From NCBI GenBank assembly GCA_964016885.1, contig OZ024741.1, positions 7,626,001-7,690,000 on the forward strand: a stretch of 64,000 nt of DNA, given 5' to 3'. Shown here one piece after another: positions 1 through 12,423 of the stretch; within the stretch, counting starts at the first letter, position 1; each line of letters opens with the position of its first letter. The notes below the pieces were generated by a model. The model was not told where the DNA came from, did not search any database, and was given only the letters and a program-made list of their open reading frames with translations. Origin of the DNA: Eledone cirrhosa (lineage: Eukaryota). A program made the position numbers and the translations under genes.

Positions 1-3000
1 ACCACACACCACACCACACCACATCAAATCACACCACACCACTCCACACATCACACCACACCACACCACACCACATCACATCACACCACACCACACCACA
101 TCACACCACACCACACCACACCACACCACACTACATCACATCACATCACACCACACCACACCACACCACACCACACCGCACATCACACCACACCACACCA
201 CACCACACCACATCACATCACATTACATCACACCACACCGCACCACACCACACTACATCACACTACACCACACCACATCACACTATACTACACTACACCA
301 CACTACATCACATCACATCACACCACACCACATCACACCACATCACATCACACCACACAACACCACACCACACCACACCACATCACACCACACCACACCA
401 CACCACAGCACACCACACCACACACCACACCACACCACATCACACCACACCACAACACACTACACAATATCACATCACACCACACCACACCACCACAGAA
501 CACCACACCACATCACACCACACCACATAACATCACACCACACCACACTACATCACACCACACCACACCACACCACACAACACCACACCACACCACACCA
601 CAACACACCACACCACACGCTACACCACACCACACCACATCACACCATACCACACTACACCACACCACACACCATACCACACCACATCACATCACACCAC
701 ACCACACCGCACATCACACCACACCACATCACATCACACCACACCACACCACACCACATCACACCACACCACACCACACCACACCACACTACATCACATC
801 ACATCACATCACACCACACCACATCACACCACACCACATCACACCACACCACACTACACCACACCACACACCACACCACACCACATCACATCACACCACA
901 CCACACCGCACATCACACCACACCACACCACACCACATCACACCACACCACACCACACCACATCACACCACACCACACCACACCACACCACACTACATCA
1001 CATCACATCACATCACACCACACCACATCACACCACACCACACCACACCACACCACATCACATCACATCACACCACACCACACTACATCACACTACACCA
1101 CACCACACCACACTATACTACATCACACCACACCACACTACATCACATCACATCACACCACACCACACCACATCACACCACATCACATCACACCACACCA
1201 CACCACACTACACCACACCACATCACACCACACCACACAACACCACACCACACTACACCACATCACATCACACCACACCACACCACCACAGCACACCACA
1301 CCACATCACACCACACCACACCACACCACACGCTACACCACACCACACCACACCACATCACACCACACCACACCACATCACATCACACCACACCACACCA
1401 CATCACACCACACCACACCACACGACACCACACACCACACCACACCACATCACACCACACCACAGTACATCACACCACACCACACCACACCACACCACAC
1501 CACACCACACGCTACACCACACCACACCACATCACACCACACCACACTACACCACATCACACCACACCACACCACATCCCACCACACCACACCACACACC
1601 ACACCACACCACACCACACCACACACCACACCACACCACATCAAATCACACCACACCACTCCACACATCACACCACACCACACCACACCACATCACATCA
1701 CACCACACCACACCACATCACACCACACCACACCACACCACACTACATCACATCACATCACACCACACCACACCACATCACACCACATCACACCACACCA
1801 CACCACACCACACCACATCACATCACATCACATCACACCACACCACACCACACCACACTACATCACACTACACCACACCACACCACACTATACTACACTA
1901 CACCACACCACATCACATCACACCACACCACACCGCACATCACACCACACCACATCACATCACACCACACCACACCACACCACATCACACCACACCACAC
2001 CACACCACACCACACTACATCACATCACATCACATCACACCACACCACATCACACCACACCACATCACACCACACCACACTACACCACACCACACACCAC
2101 ACCACACCACATCACATCACACCACACCACACCGCACATCACACCACACCACACCACACCACATCACACCACACCACACCACACCACACTACACCACACC
2201 ACACTACACCACACTACACCACACTACACCACACCACACCACACTACACCACACCACACCTCACTACACCACACTACACCACATCACATCACACTACACC
2301 ACACCACACTACGCCACACCACATCACATCACACCACATCACACACCACACCACACCACACTACACCACACTACACCACACCACACCACTCTACACCACA
2401 CTACACCACACCACACCACACCACACTACACCGCACTACACTACACTACACTACACCACACTACACCACACTACACCACACCACACTACACCGCACCGCA
2501 CCACACCACACTACACTACACCACACCACACTACGCCACACCACATCACATCACACCACACACCACACCACACTACATCACACTACACCACACTACACTA
2601 CACCACACCACACTACACTACACCATACTACACCACACCACAACACACAACACTACACCACACAACAACACACTACATCACACTACACTACACCACACCA
2701 CACCACACTACACCACACCACACCACACCACACCACACTACACTACACCACATCACACCACACTACACCACACCACACTACACTACACCACACTACCACC
2801 ACATCACACTACACACACTACACTACACTACACCACACTACACTACACTAAACCACACCACACTACACCATACTACACCACACTACACAACACTACACCA
2901 CACAACAACACACTACATCACACTACACTACACCACACCACACCACACCACACCACACCACACTACACTACACCACATCACACCACACTACACCACACCA

Positions 3001-3001
3001 C
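1..3001. repeat. (CACCA/CACAT/CACTA)n pentamer microsatellite, runs off the window start
   Basis: Continuous degenerate ACCAC/ACATC units; ORF 1450..1686 is an artefact. Confidence 0.97.
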
Positions 3002-3164
3002 ATGATGATAATGATTGTGATGGTGATGGTGATGGTGATGGTGATGATGCAAAAAAAAAAGAAAGGAAACGGCGAGAAATTTCAGAAAAAAAAACAAAAA
3101 ATAACAACAGTAATAAACGTTCGAGAATAAGAAATGAGTTGGTAAGAAGTTGACTAGAATTGGT

Positions 3165-3805
3165 GAAATGGCGGCAGCGATGTTACAAGATGGTATGGAA
3201 CTTAGAAATGGCGGCAGGGATGCTACAAGATGGTATGGAACTTAGAAATGGCGGCAGGGATGTTACAAGATGGTATGGAACTTAGAAATGGCGGCAGGGA
3301 TGTTACAAGATGGTATGGAACTTAGAAATGGCGGCAGGGATGTTACAAGATGGTATGGAACTTAGAAATGGCGGCAGGGATGTTACAAGATGGTATGGAA
3401 CTTAGAAATGGCGGCAGGGATGTTAGAAGATGGTATGGAACTTAGAAATGGCGGCAGGGATGCTACAAGATGGTATGGAACTTAGAAATGGCGGCAGGGA
3501 TGTTACAAGATGGTATGGAACTTAGAAATGGCGGCAGGGATGTTACAAGATGGTATGGAACTTAGAAATGGCGGCAGGGATGCTACAAGATGGTATGGAA
3601 CTTAGAAATGGCGGCAGGGATGCTACAAGATGGTATGGAACTTAGAAATGGCGGCAGGGATGCTACAAGATGGTATGGAACTTAGAAATGGCGGCAGGGA
3701 TGTTACAAGATGGTATGGAACTTAGAAATGGCGGCAGGGATGTTACAAGATGGTTTGGAACTTAGAAATGGCGGCTGGGAATGTTACAAGATGGTATGGA
3801 ACTTA
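3165..3805. repeat. 40-bp minisatellite, about 16 copies
   Basis: Unit GAAATGGCGGCAGGGATGTTACAAGATGGTATGGAACTTA repeated almost perfectly. Confidence 0.97.
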
Positions 3806-3806
3806 C

Positions 3807-3913
3807 CAGAATTGTCTTGTAAACATTCTTAAATCTGTCGCTCGTGACATGACACTTGCTATACACAACATCTTCCATAATAAGCCATGTTCTGCTAAAA
3901 TGACGCCGACAGG
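3807..3913 (-). CDS. candidate 107-nt internal exon of an unidentified host gene
   Basis: Minus strand: ttaaatccttcag acceptor and GTAAGT donor; two open frames ([35 protein letters not shown] or [35 protein letters not shown]); no family recognised. Confidence 0.35.
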
Positions 3914-3951
3914 CTGAAGGATTTAAGAGTTTTAGGAGCAATGAAATTGTA

Positions 3952-4812
<861 letters not shown>

Positions 4813-4972
4813 GTATCGCTCTTCTTTATGTTGTTGATGATGATGTTGTTGTTTCAGTTGTTTTTGCTGTTTCAAATGCCTTTGTTGTTGTAATAGTCGT
4901 CTTTGTCTTTGCAGCAGAAGAGAGTTCCGAGGGTCTAATGCTCCCTTTTCTTGTCATTTCTTTATATCTAAA

Positions 4973-6026
4973 CTAGCAGTAAAGCCTGGCGTTGCTCGGG
5001 GTCGCTCAGTAGCTGTGTTAAAGTTACAATGTTAAGTTTCTTTTTTGGCTTAAAAACTGTAGTGTCTACTGTGCAGACTTGCATGTGGTGTTTTTGATTA
5101 ATATTCCCTCAACCAACAATATGCCTTATGAAGTTAAGAAAACATAACGATAACCCGAATGTTATAACAAAAGAGGATGCTGGGGATAAAAACTGCACTG
5201 GTTATTTATTAACAAAGATCGAAAATGTAAACACTGCAACGCAGAGAAAAACATTAGCGTAACCAAATTATCAGTTATGTCTGTCTGCACGCCTATATCA
5301 CCTCTCTGCACGACTGTCTGTCTGCACGCCTATATCACCTCTCTGCACGACTGTCTGTCTGCACGCCTATATCACCTCTCTGCACGACTGTCTGTCTGCA
5401 CGCCTATATCACCTCTCTGCACGACTATCTGTCTGCACGCGTATATCACCTCTCTGCACGACTATCTGTCTGCACGACTGTCTGTCTGCACGACTGTCTG
5501 TCTGCACGCCTAACGAAATTTACAGATACATATATTTTAAATAAACTTATATAATTTTTGCTTTTTTTTACGAAATATTTGCTTGTTTTACGTAGTCTTT
5601 AAATAGACTTGTTTTCAAGTAAAAATATTGTTTTAAAATGCTTTTAAATGGAAATGAAGCAAAACGGAAGCTTAGTGTTCGAACTGATGAATTTTGCAGG
5701 TCAATATTTTGCTGGCTCGACAACTGTTCGTGTATTGTGTTAATATCATTTTAAACGCTGAGAAAGCCAGCGTAATTTTTTACGTAAGACGCTCAATGTA
5801 AACAGAACAAAGGGAAATAACTGATAACTTACGCTCAAAAGTCGATACATTATATTCGATTTCGTCACATAGGGTGGGTCAATTTGAAATTTTTTTTTCC
5901 GATGTCTTCGCTAGGGCTCAATGTACAAGTATAGCAATTTCGGTGCAATTCCGTGAGAGATTCTAAGAGGAGATGTGTGCCAAAAATCGATAGACAGACA
6001 GACAACCACAGTTTTATATATATAGA
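4973..6026 (-). mobile_element. non-autonomous Helitron
   Basis: Minus strand starts TCTATATATATAAAACTGTGGTTGTCTGTCTG, ends CCCGAGCAACGCCAGGC...CTGCTAG, sits between A and T with no TSD; internal 37-bp minisatellite at 5278-5510. Confidence 0.85.
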
Positions 6027-6076
6027 TTACACTTCAGTAGTTTTCTGAAACACTTTTAATATTAATATTAATAATT

Positions 6077-6450
6077 GTTTCTACTTTTGGCACAAGGCCA
6101 GCATTTATACTAGTGTATTACTGGTACTTTATTTTATCGACCCCGTAAGGATGAAAGGCAAAGTTAACCTCGGCGGGATTTGAACTTAGACCGTAAAGGG
6201 ACGTAACTATGCTGCAAAGCATGGCGTCCGACCCACTACCGATACTGCTAATTGTTTTCTGATATAGACACAAGGCCAGCAATTTAAGGGAAAGAGAAGA
6301 GGGATTATATCTACCATGTACTTGACTGTTAGCTTAGTTTATGGTCCCTGGCAGGATGAAAAGTAAAGTTGATCTGGGTGAGACTCGAACACAGAACTCA
6401 GAGACGAGGACGAAGTAAGGTTTTAACGTCTCTGCCAAATAGACTCTGAG
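6077..6450 (-). mobile_element. two adjacent tRNA-derived SINE copies
   Basis: Minus strand GTTCAAATCCCGCCGAGGTTAACTTTGCCTTTCATCC (B-box-like plus central domain) and TGGCCTTGTGCC...GTAGAAAC tail; related copies at 17255, 24658 and 34455. Confidence 0.75.
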
Positions 6451-6594
6451 TATTCCTGTAGAATCCAACTTTACTGTCTGAGAAGTTCTTGCAGGAGTGT
6501 CGAGCCCCGGATCAATCAACGAGATAAATATTTCACTGTTTATCAAAACCTATTCACGCCTCGCAATGTAGGCAGCAAATCCTTAATTAGAAAC

Positions 6595-6604
6595 AATATA
6601 CATG

Positions 6605-6687
<83 letters not shown>

Positions 6688-6704
6688 GCGTGTATATATA
6701 TATA

Positions 6705-6736
<32 letters not shown>

Positions 6737-6766
6737 CATACATGTATACATACATATATATATATA

Positions 6767-6812
<46 letters not shown>

Positions 6813-6849
6813 CATATATACATACATATATGCATACATATATATATAT

Positions 6850-6924
<75 letters not shown>

Positions 6925-6955
6925 GGTATGTATGTATATATATATATATTCATAT

Positions 6956-6998
<43 letters not shown>

Positions 6999-7078
6999 CA
7001 GAGTATAAAAGTTTTAATATAGATGAGATATATATATATACATACATTATATATATATATATATATATACATACATGT

Positions 7079-7145
<67 letters not shown>

Positions 7146-8380
7146 CATATATACATATATACATATATACATACGCACATATAAATACATACATACACAT
7201 ATATACATTAATACATATATACATATTGCTTTTTTTATTGCGAGGTTAATGATGATTATTATTATTATCCTTATGATGGTGATGATGATGATAATAACGA
7301 TTGTGATAATGGTGATGGTGATCGTGATGTTGATGGTGATGGTGATGGTGATGGTGATGGTGATGGTGATGGTGGGGGTGATGGTGATGGTGATGGTGAT
7401 GGTGATGGTGATGGTGATGGTGATGGTGGGGATGATGGTGATGGTGATGTTGATGGTGATGGTGATGGTGATGGTGATGGTGATGGTGATGGTGATGGTG
7501 GGGATGATGGTGATGGTGATGGTGATGGTGATGGTGATGGTGATGATGATGGTGATGGTGATGGTGGGGGTGATGGTGATGGTGATGGTGATGGTGATGG
7601 TGATGGTGATAGTGATGGTGATGGTGATGGTGATGGTGGGGATGATGGTGATGGTGATGGTGATGGTGATGGTGATGGTGGTGGTGGTGGTGGTGATGGT
7701 GATGGTGGTGGTGGTGGTGATGATGGTGATGGTGGTGGTGATGGTGATGGTGGTGGTGATGATGATAGTGATGATGAAAATGCTGCTGTTTATGCCGATG
7801 TTGCTGGTGGTGGTGGTGGTGGTGGTAGTTCATAGTTAGCTTTATCACATGTTGACAGCTGGAAAGTGAAACCGACATCACCACCACCTCTACCACTACC
7901 ACTACCACCACCTCTGTTACCAACACCACCACTACCACCTTCATGACACCACCAACACCACTACCACCTCTACCACTACCACTAACCTCCCATCACCACC
8001 ACCACTACCACCATCATGACACCACCAACACCAACACCTCTACCACTACCCTCCCATCATCATCACCACTACCATCACGACACCAGCTCCATCACCACCA
8101 CAACCACAAATACCACTACCAATACCACCACCAGTAAAACCACCGCCACAACCCCTGTCCCTATCACCACTACGACCCCCCGCCCCTCAACCTATGTCCC
8201 CCCCTCACCACCACTACGACTCACCCCACCCCGCCCCACCCCGCCCCACCCACCTTCTTCCATCACCCCGCACCACCACTACGACCCACCCCACCCACCC
8301 CTCACCCTCGGCCATCACCCCCTCGCACCACCACCACCACTACGACCCACCCCACCCCACCCTCACCCTCTGCCATCACC
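6595..8380. repeat. compound microsatellites (CA)n/(TA)n, (GATGGT)n, (CAC)n
   Basis: Direct inspection; poly-His and poly-MV ORFs are artefacts. Confidence 0.95.
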
Positions 8381-9161
8381 AAAGTAATTTGTTTGTTTTA
8401 ACAGTTATAAATAAAATACACTGATACAATACACGTTTATGGGATGTCAGTGGAGCAGGGAGGTGACAGACACAGACAGACACAGACAGACACAGACAGA
8501 CAGACAGACAGACACACAGACAGACACACAGACACATACAGACACATCTTCACATACATAAACACACACTCATCTCCAATGATGCACACATATGCTGATT
8601 CTAAATGAAAGTGAGGTTCAGTGTGTACCTATCTGTGGATTAACCAGGCACTATATATATAAACCAACTGGAATACTGCTCATCAAAGCCGGCGCAGATA
8701 ATCATGTCCGTAGAGGAAAGGAACAAAGAGGAGTTCACTTTGCTTCAGTGAAAAATTAAAAATATTCCAGGGGCTGACGTCCTCTCACAAATGTTGAAAT
8801 AATAAATATGTTTCAGAGGATGCAATAAATTACATAAATAATACACAATTAACTAAACACATTCTACACCCCACCTCTAGATAAATTAAATACAAATGTA
8901 TATACACTCTGATCTATATACACTCACTTCCAACAATGCATATAATTACACACACAAAAAAATATATACACTTTAATAATTACAATTCACCACTGGATAG
9001 AACTGGTCATTCCGTATAGTCAACCTTGATGTAATATTAGGGAGAGCACTCGACGTAATGTAACTCACCCGTCTTCGTTTGTGTTGTTGGTGGTGCGAGT
9101 ACGGAGTTTATTATTATAAAATAACAGGAGGCTGGACTGGTGTAATACCTTAAAGGTTTAT

Positions 9162-9219
9162 ATACTATGAACATTTCAATGACGGGGTTCAGTATGAATC
9201 CGGTGATATCATCAGGTAT
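9162..9219 (-). ncRNA. type I hammerhead ribozyme in a solitary PLE pLTR fragment
   Basis: Minus strand: ATAC-CTGATGA-imperfect stem II-GAAAT-GTTC-ATA-GTAT; RCTC/GAGY stem-loop about 55 nt downstream (9045-9107). Confidence 0.7.
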
Positions 9220-9756
9220 TCCGAAATTTAGCAAAGGAATATAATAGACACAATCCAAGGGGCTGAAAAGCATAAATATGCCCAAGATGAGAAGGCGGCC
9301 CAAAAATTAGCAGTTTCCAGTCCGGTTGGCCACCTTATTATAATTATATATATATATGAAAAATCCACTGTCAATAAATACACCAGGACTTTTTCATTCT
9401 GATGACTGAAAGCATATTTGTTTGCTTTCAAGAAACCACTGGTAAATGGAATAATTATTTTATGTTGTTTATTACATAACTAAATATATATAAACGGAAA
9501 AAATGAAACGAAATTTCATTTCCCACTCTTAGTACGGCTGTTACTTAAATATAAGTATGTACACGTACATACATATATGTATACAGACGTACAGTAGTAT
9601 GTATATATATACACACACATGCACACATATATACATGTACGTATGGATTCACCGAACGTTTATTATAATGCTCGGTGTGTTTGTAAACAAACATCCCGTA
9701 TTAAGCCGTAGTGTCTAGCAACCATCGTTGCTCGTTTGTTCAACACTGACAAAGGA

Positions 9757-9799
9757 ACGCTGTACTAGTTTCAAGCTTATTAGCTATCGTCAGCAACGT
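9757..9799 (-). ncRNA. minimal type I hammerhead ribozyme
   Basis: ACGTTG-CTGACGA-T-AGCT-AATA-AGCT-T-GAAAC-TA-GTA-CAGCGT; palindromic ACTAGT stem III. Confidence 0.85.
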
Positions 9800-10397
9800 A
9801 TACCTTCCTGCCATATTGTTGAACGTATATACTTACCTTATGCATATTAACGGCTGAGTAGCCCAATTTGCATATCGAGCGGGTTAATCGACCGGGTGCA
9901 CCGAAAACGATAAACGGAAAAAATTAAACGAAATTTCATTTCCCACTCTTAGAACGGCTGTTACTTAAATATAAGTATGTACACGTACATACATATATGT
10001 ATACAGACGTACAGTAGTATGTATATATATATATACACACATGCACACATCCTTTGTCAGTGTTGAACAAACGAGCAACGATGGTTGCTAGACACTACAA
10101 ACACACCGAGCATTATAATAAATGTTCGGTGAATCCATACGTACATATATAAATGTGTCCATGTGTGTATATATACATACTACTGTACGTCTGTATACAT
10201 ATATGTATGTACGTGTACATACTTATATTTAAGTAACAGCCGTTCTAAGAGTGGGAAATGAAATTTCGTTTCATTTTTTCCGTTTATCGTTTGCGGTGCA
10301 CCCGGCCGATTAACCTACTCGATATGCAAATTGGGCTACTCAGCCGTTAATATGCATAAGGTAAGTATATACGTTCAACAATCTGGCAGGAAGGTAT

Positions 10398-10440
10398 ACG
10401 TTGCTGATGATAACTAATAAGCTTGAAACTAGTACAGCGT
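10398..10440 (+). ncRNA. minimal type I hammerhead ribozyme
   Basis: ACGTTG-CTGATGA-TAACTAATAAGCTT-GAAAC-TA-GTA-CAGCGT; one mismatch in stem II. Confidence 0.8.
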
Positions 10441-10504
10441 TCCTTTGTCAGTGTTTAACAAACGAGCAACGATGGTTGCTAGACACTACGGCTATACACT
10501 TATA

Positions 10505-10545
<41 letters not shown>

Positions 10546-10560
10546 CGTGTATATATATAT

Positions 10561-10628
<68 letters not shown>

Positions 10629-10713
10629 ACAAAAATATTATTAAAAACACCATAATCCAGATGAGTAGGAATCAAATTTATTTATTACACTAACGGGATT
10701 TGAAAACTGCTAT

Positions 10714-10778
<65 letters not shown>

Positions 10779-10779
10779 T

Positions 10780-10834
<55 letters not shown>

Positions 10835-10954
10835 ACCAGTTCTTTGAGGAAACAACACCATACTTCGAGACTGGGCATGTTAAAATATCGAAATAATGGA
10901 GGTAAACTTTGTTCCATCATTATGTCATTCTGCTTTTTTTCTGTTCAAGTTCTA

Positions 10955-11016
10955 GCTGTCTGGTGAGGTCATAGCTGTTGAAAAATGGTTATCACCGAAA
11001 TAATATATATAACAGC
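10955..11016 (+). ncRNA. hammerhead ribozyme with core substitution (CTGGTGA)
   Basis: Stem I GCTGT/ACAGC; stem II GGT-c-ATAGCTGTT/AATGGTTAT-c-ACC; then GAAA; fragment ends in (TA)n about 55 nt later. Confidence 0.65.
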
Positions 11017-11064
11017 GAATATGGATAAACGAAGTTAATTTTAACCTGTTGATTTACACTTCTT

Positions 11065-11122
<58 letters not shown>

Positions 11123-11331
11123 CAAAGAAAGTATGGTAAGATACCAGGTGGACCATAACGCACCAGAGTACTCAATACTTAGGGTAGCAGAGTGGGTAAT
11201 ATATATATATATATATCGGCCTGCCCGCCTACCCAGTGGGATGGTGTTTTCTTTTGGCTAAAACAGCACGACGTGTTGTGACAAGCGGCGCCAATTGGCG
11301 CCCTACAGACTGGTCGGTCAAGGTGATCAAG

Positions 11332-11399
<68 letters not shown>

Positions 11400-11404
<5 letters not shown>

Positions 11405-12413
11405 TATTTACGTATCGAGAGAGAGTAAAAAAAGGGAGGATAGGTGATACAAATAGTTATTTGCCAAGTAGCGTATGCAAAAGGTGCTCGATACTAGTGC
11501 CGGCTGTATTAAATATTCGAAGTGTTAATATTTAGTGGGCTAGAGAGTTAGCAGAGCGTAAGCACGTGGAAAAGTAAGAAATCGGAGAATAGACCGTTAA
11601 AACATGTTTATTTAAAACAGCACCTACGTACGTTTCGCCCAGTTGGGCTTCTGAAGGGCATAAATAACCAAAAGTGTTCCTTACATTGCTCGGAAAGAGC
11701 TTTTGGGGTTAGTTCACGTCAAGATTCATTGCTCGCAAAAAATAGCTTCTCCACGCACTGGGGTATTGTTGGCAGGGCTGCACCGTACAACTTCAAGAGA
11801 AAGTGCGATCTTTGCCTCATGGAGCTCTACCACATCATAACTGCACCCCACGAGCTCATCAACAGCTGAGCTGAAACAGCGATAAGTTGTACACATCGCT
11901 TAAAAATATCCTTCTTCAGATGGGTTAAGGATGAGGAGTGAAACCGTGTACCGGATCTCCCTGCAACAACTTTTAACACCCCGGCGGGCAGGCGCTGCAA
12001 AATAACACCCAGGAAACTAACCAGGCATACCAGACCCAGCCTCAAACGACCCAGGCAAACAGGTGCGGTTAAACAAACGTCTCAAAATTTGCGTTGGTTA
12101 CATGACCCTGTGCGTATCGACAAGGGTAAGGTTGTAACCACATCTTGTAACAGATAAAAATTTGTCCGGGAAAGACTGCCCTAACACCGGCCAGAGTTAC
12201 CTCCCTTGACCTGCTGCAAAATCAAAACACGGTATTTTTGCGAGCAATGAATCTTGACGTGAACCTAACCCCAAAAACTCTTTCCGAGCAATATAAGGAA
12301 CACTTTTGGTTATTTATGCCCTTGAGAAGCCCAACTGGGCGAAACGTACGTAGGTGCTGTTTTAAATAAACATGTTTTAACGGTCTATTCTCCGATTTCT
12401 TACTTTTCCACGT
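11400..12413 (+). mobile_element. heavily 5'-truncated PLE with inverted pLTR
   Basis: 11564-11744 is the reverse complement of 12233-12413; spacer from 11747 encodes WGIVGRAAPYNFKRKCDLCLMELYHII...LINS*AE..SCTHR (PLE endonuclease C-terminus); degenerate HHR GCCCAACTGGGC-GAAACGTACGTA in both arms. Confidence 0.8.
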
Positions 12414-12423
12414 ATATATATAT

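Larger units (their letters stand above)
9491..10493. mobile_element. retrozyme-like non-coding element: 420-bp tandem unit with HHR, two arms in inverted orientation
   Basis: 9491 repeats at 9911 and 9541 at 9961 (period 420); 10050 repeats at 10441; the arms are reverse complements; one HHR per arm; no credible ORF. Confidence 0.75.

Noticed and set aside
3165-3805. CRISPR-like regular repeat array
   Set aside because: Units are head-to-tail with no unique spacers, there are no cas genes, and the context is eukaryotic
7246-7944. Poly-His ORF, or short terminal exon [21 protein letters not shown]
   Set aside because: Embedded in (CAT/CAC)n; the only support is a plausible acceptor
9037-9303. 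Apparent minus-strand exon with a GTGAGT donor
   Set aside because: Better explained as a pLTR fragment, since it contains an HHR and the RCTC/GAGY stem-loop at the usual spacing
11865-11870. In-frame TGA in the PLE endonuclease remnant as possible selenocysteine
   Set aside because: Aligns to a basic residue position in the other PLE ORFs, not Cys; CGA>TGA decay is the simpler explanation
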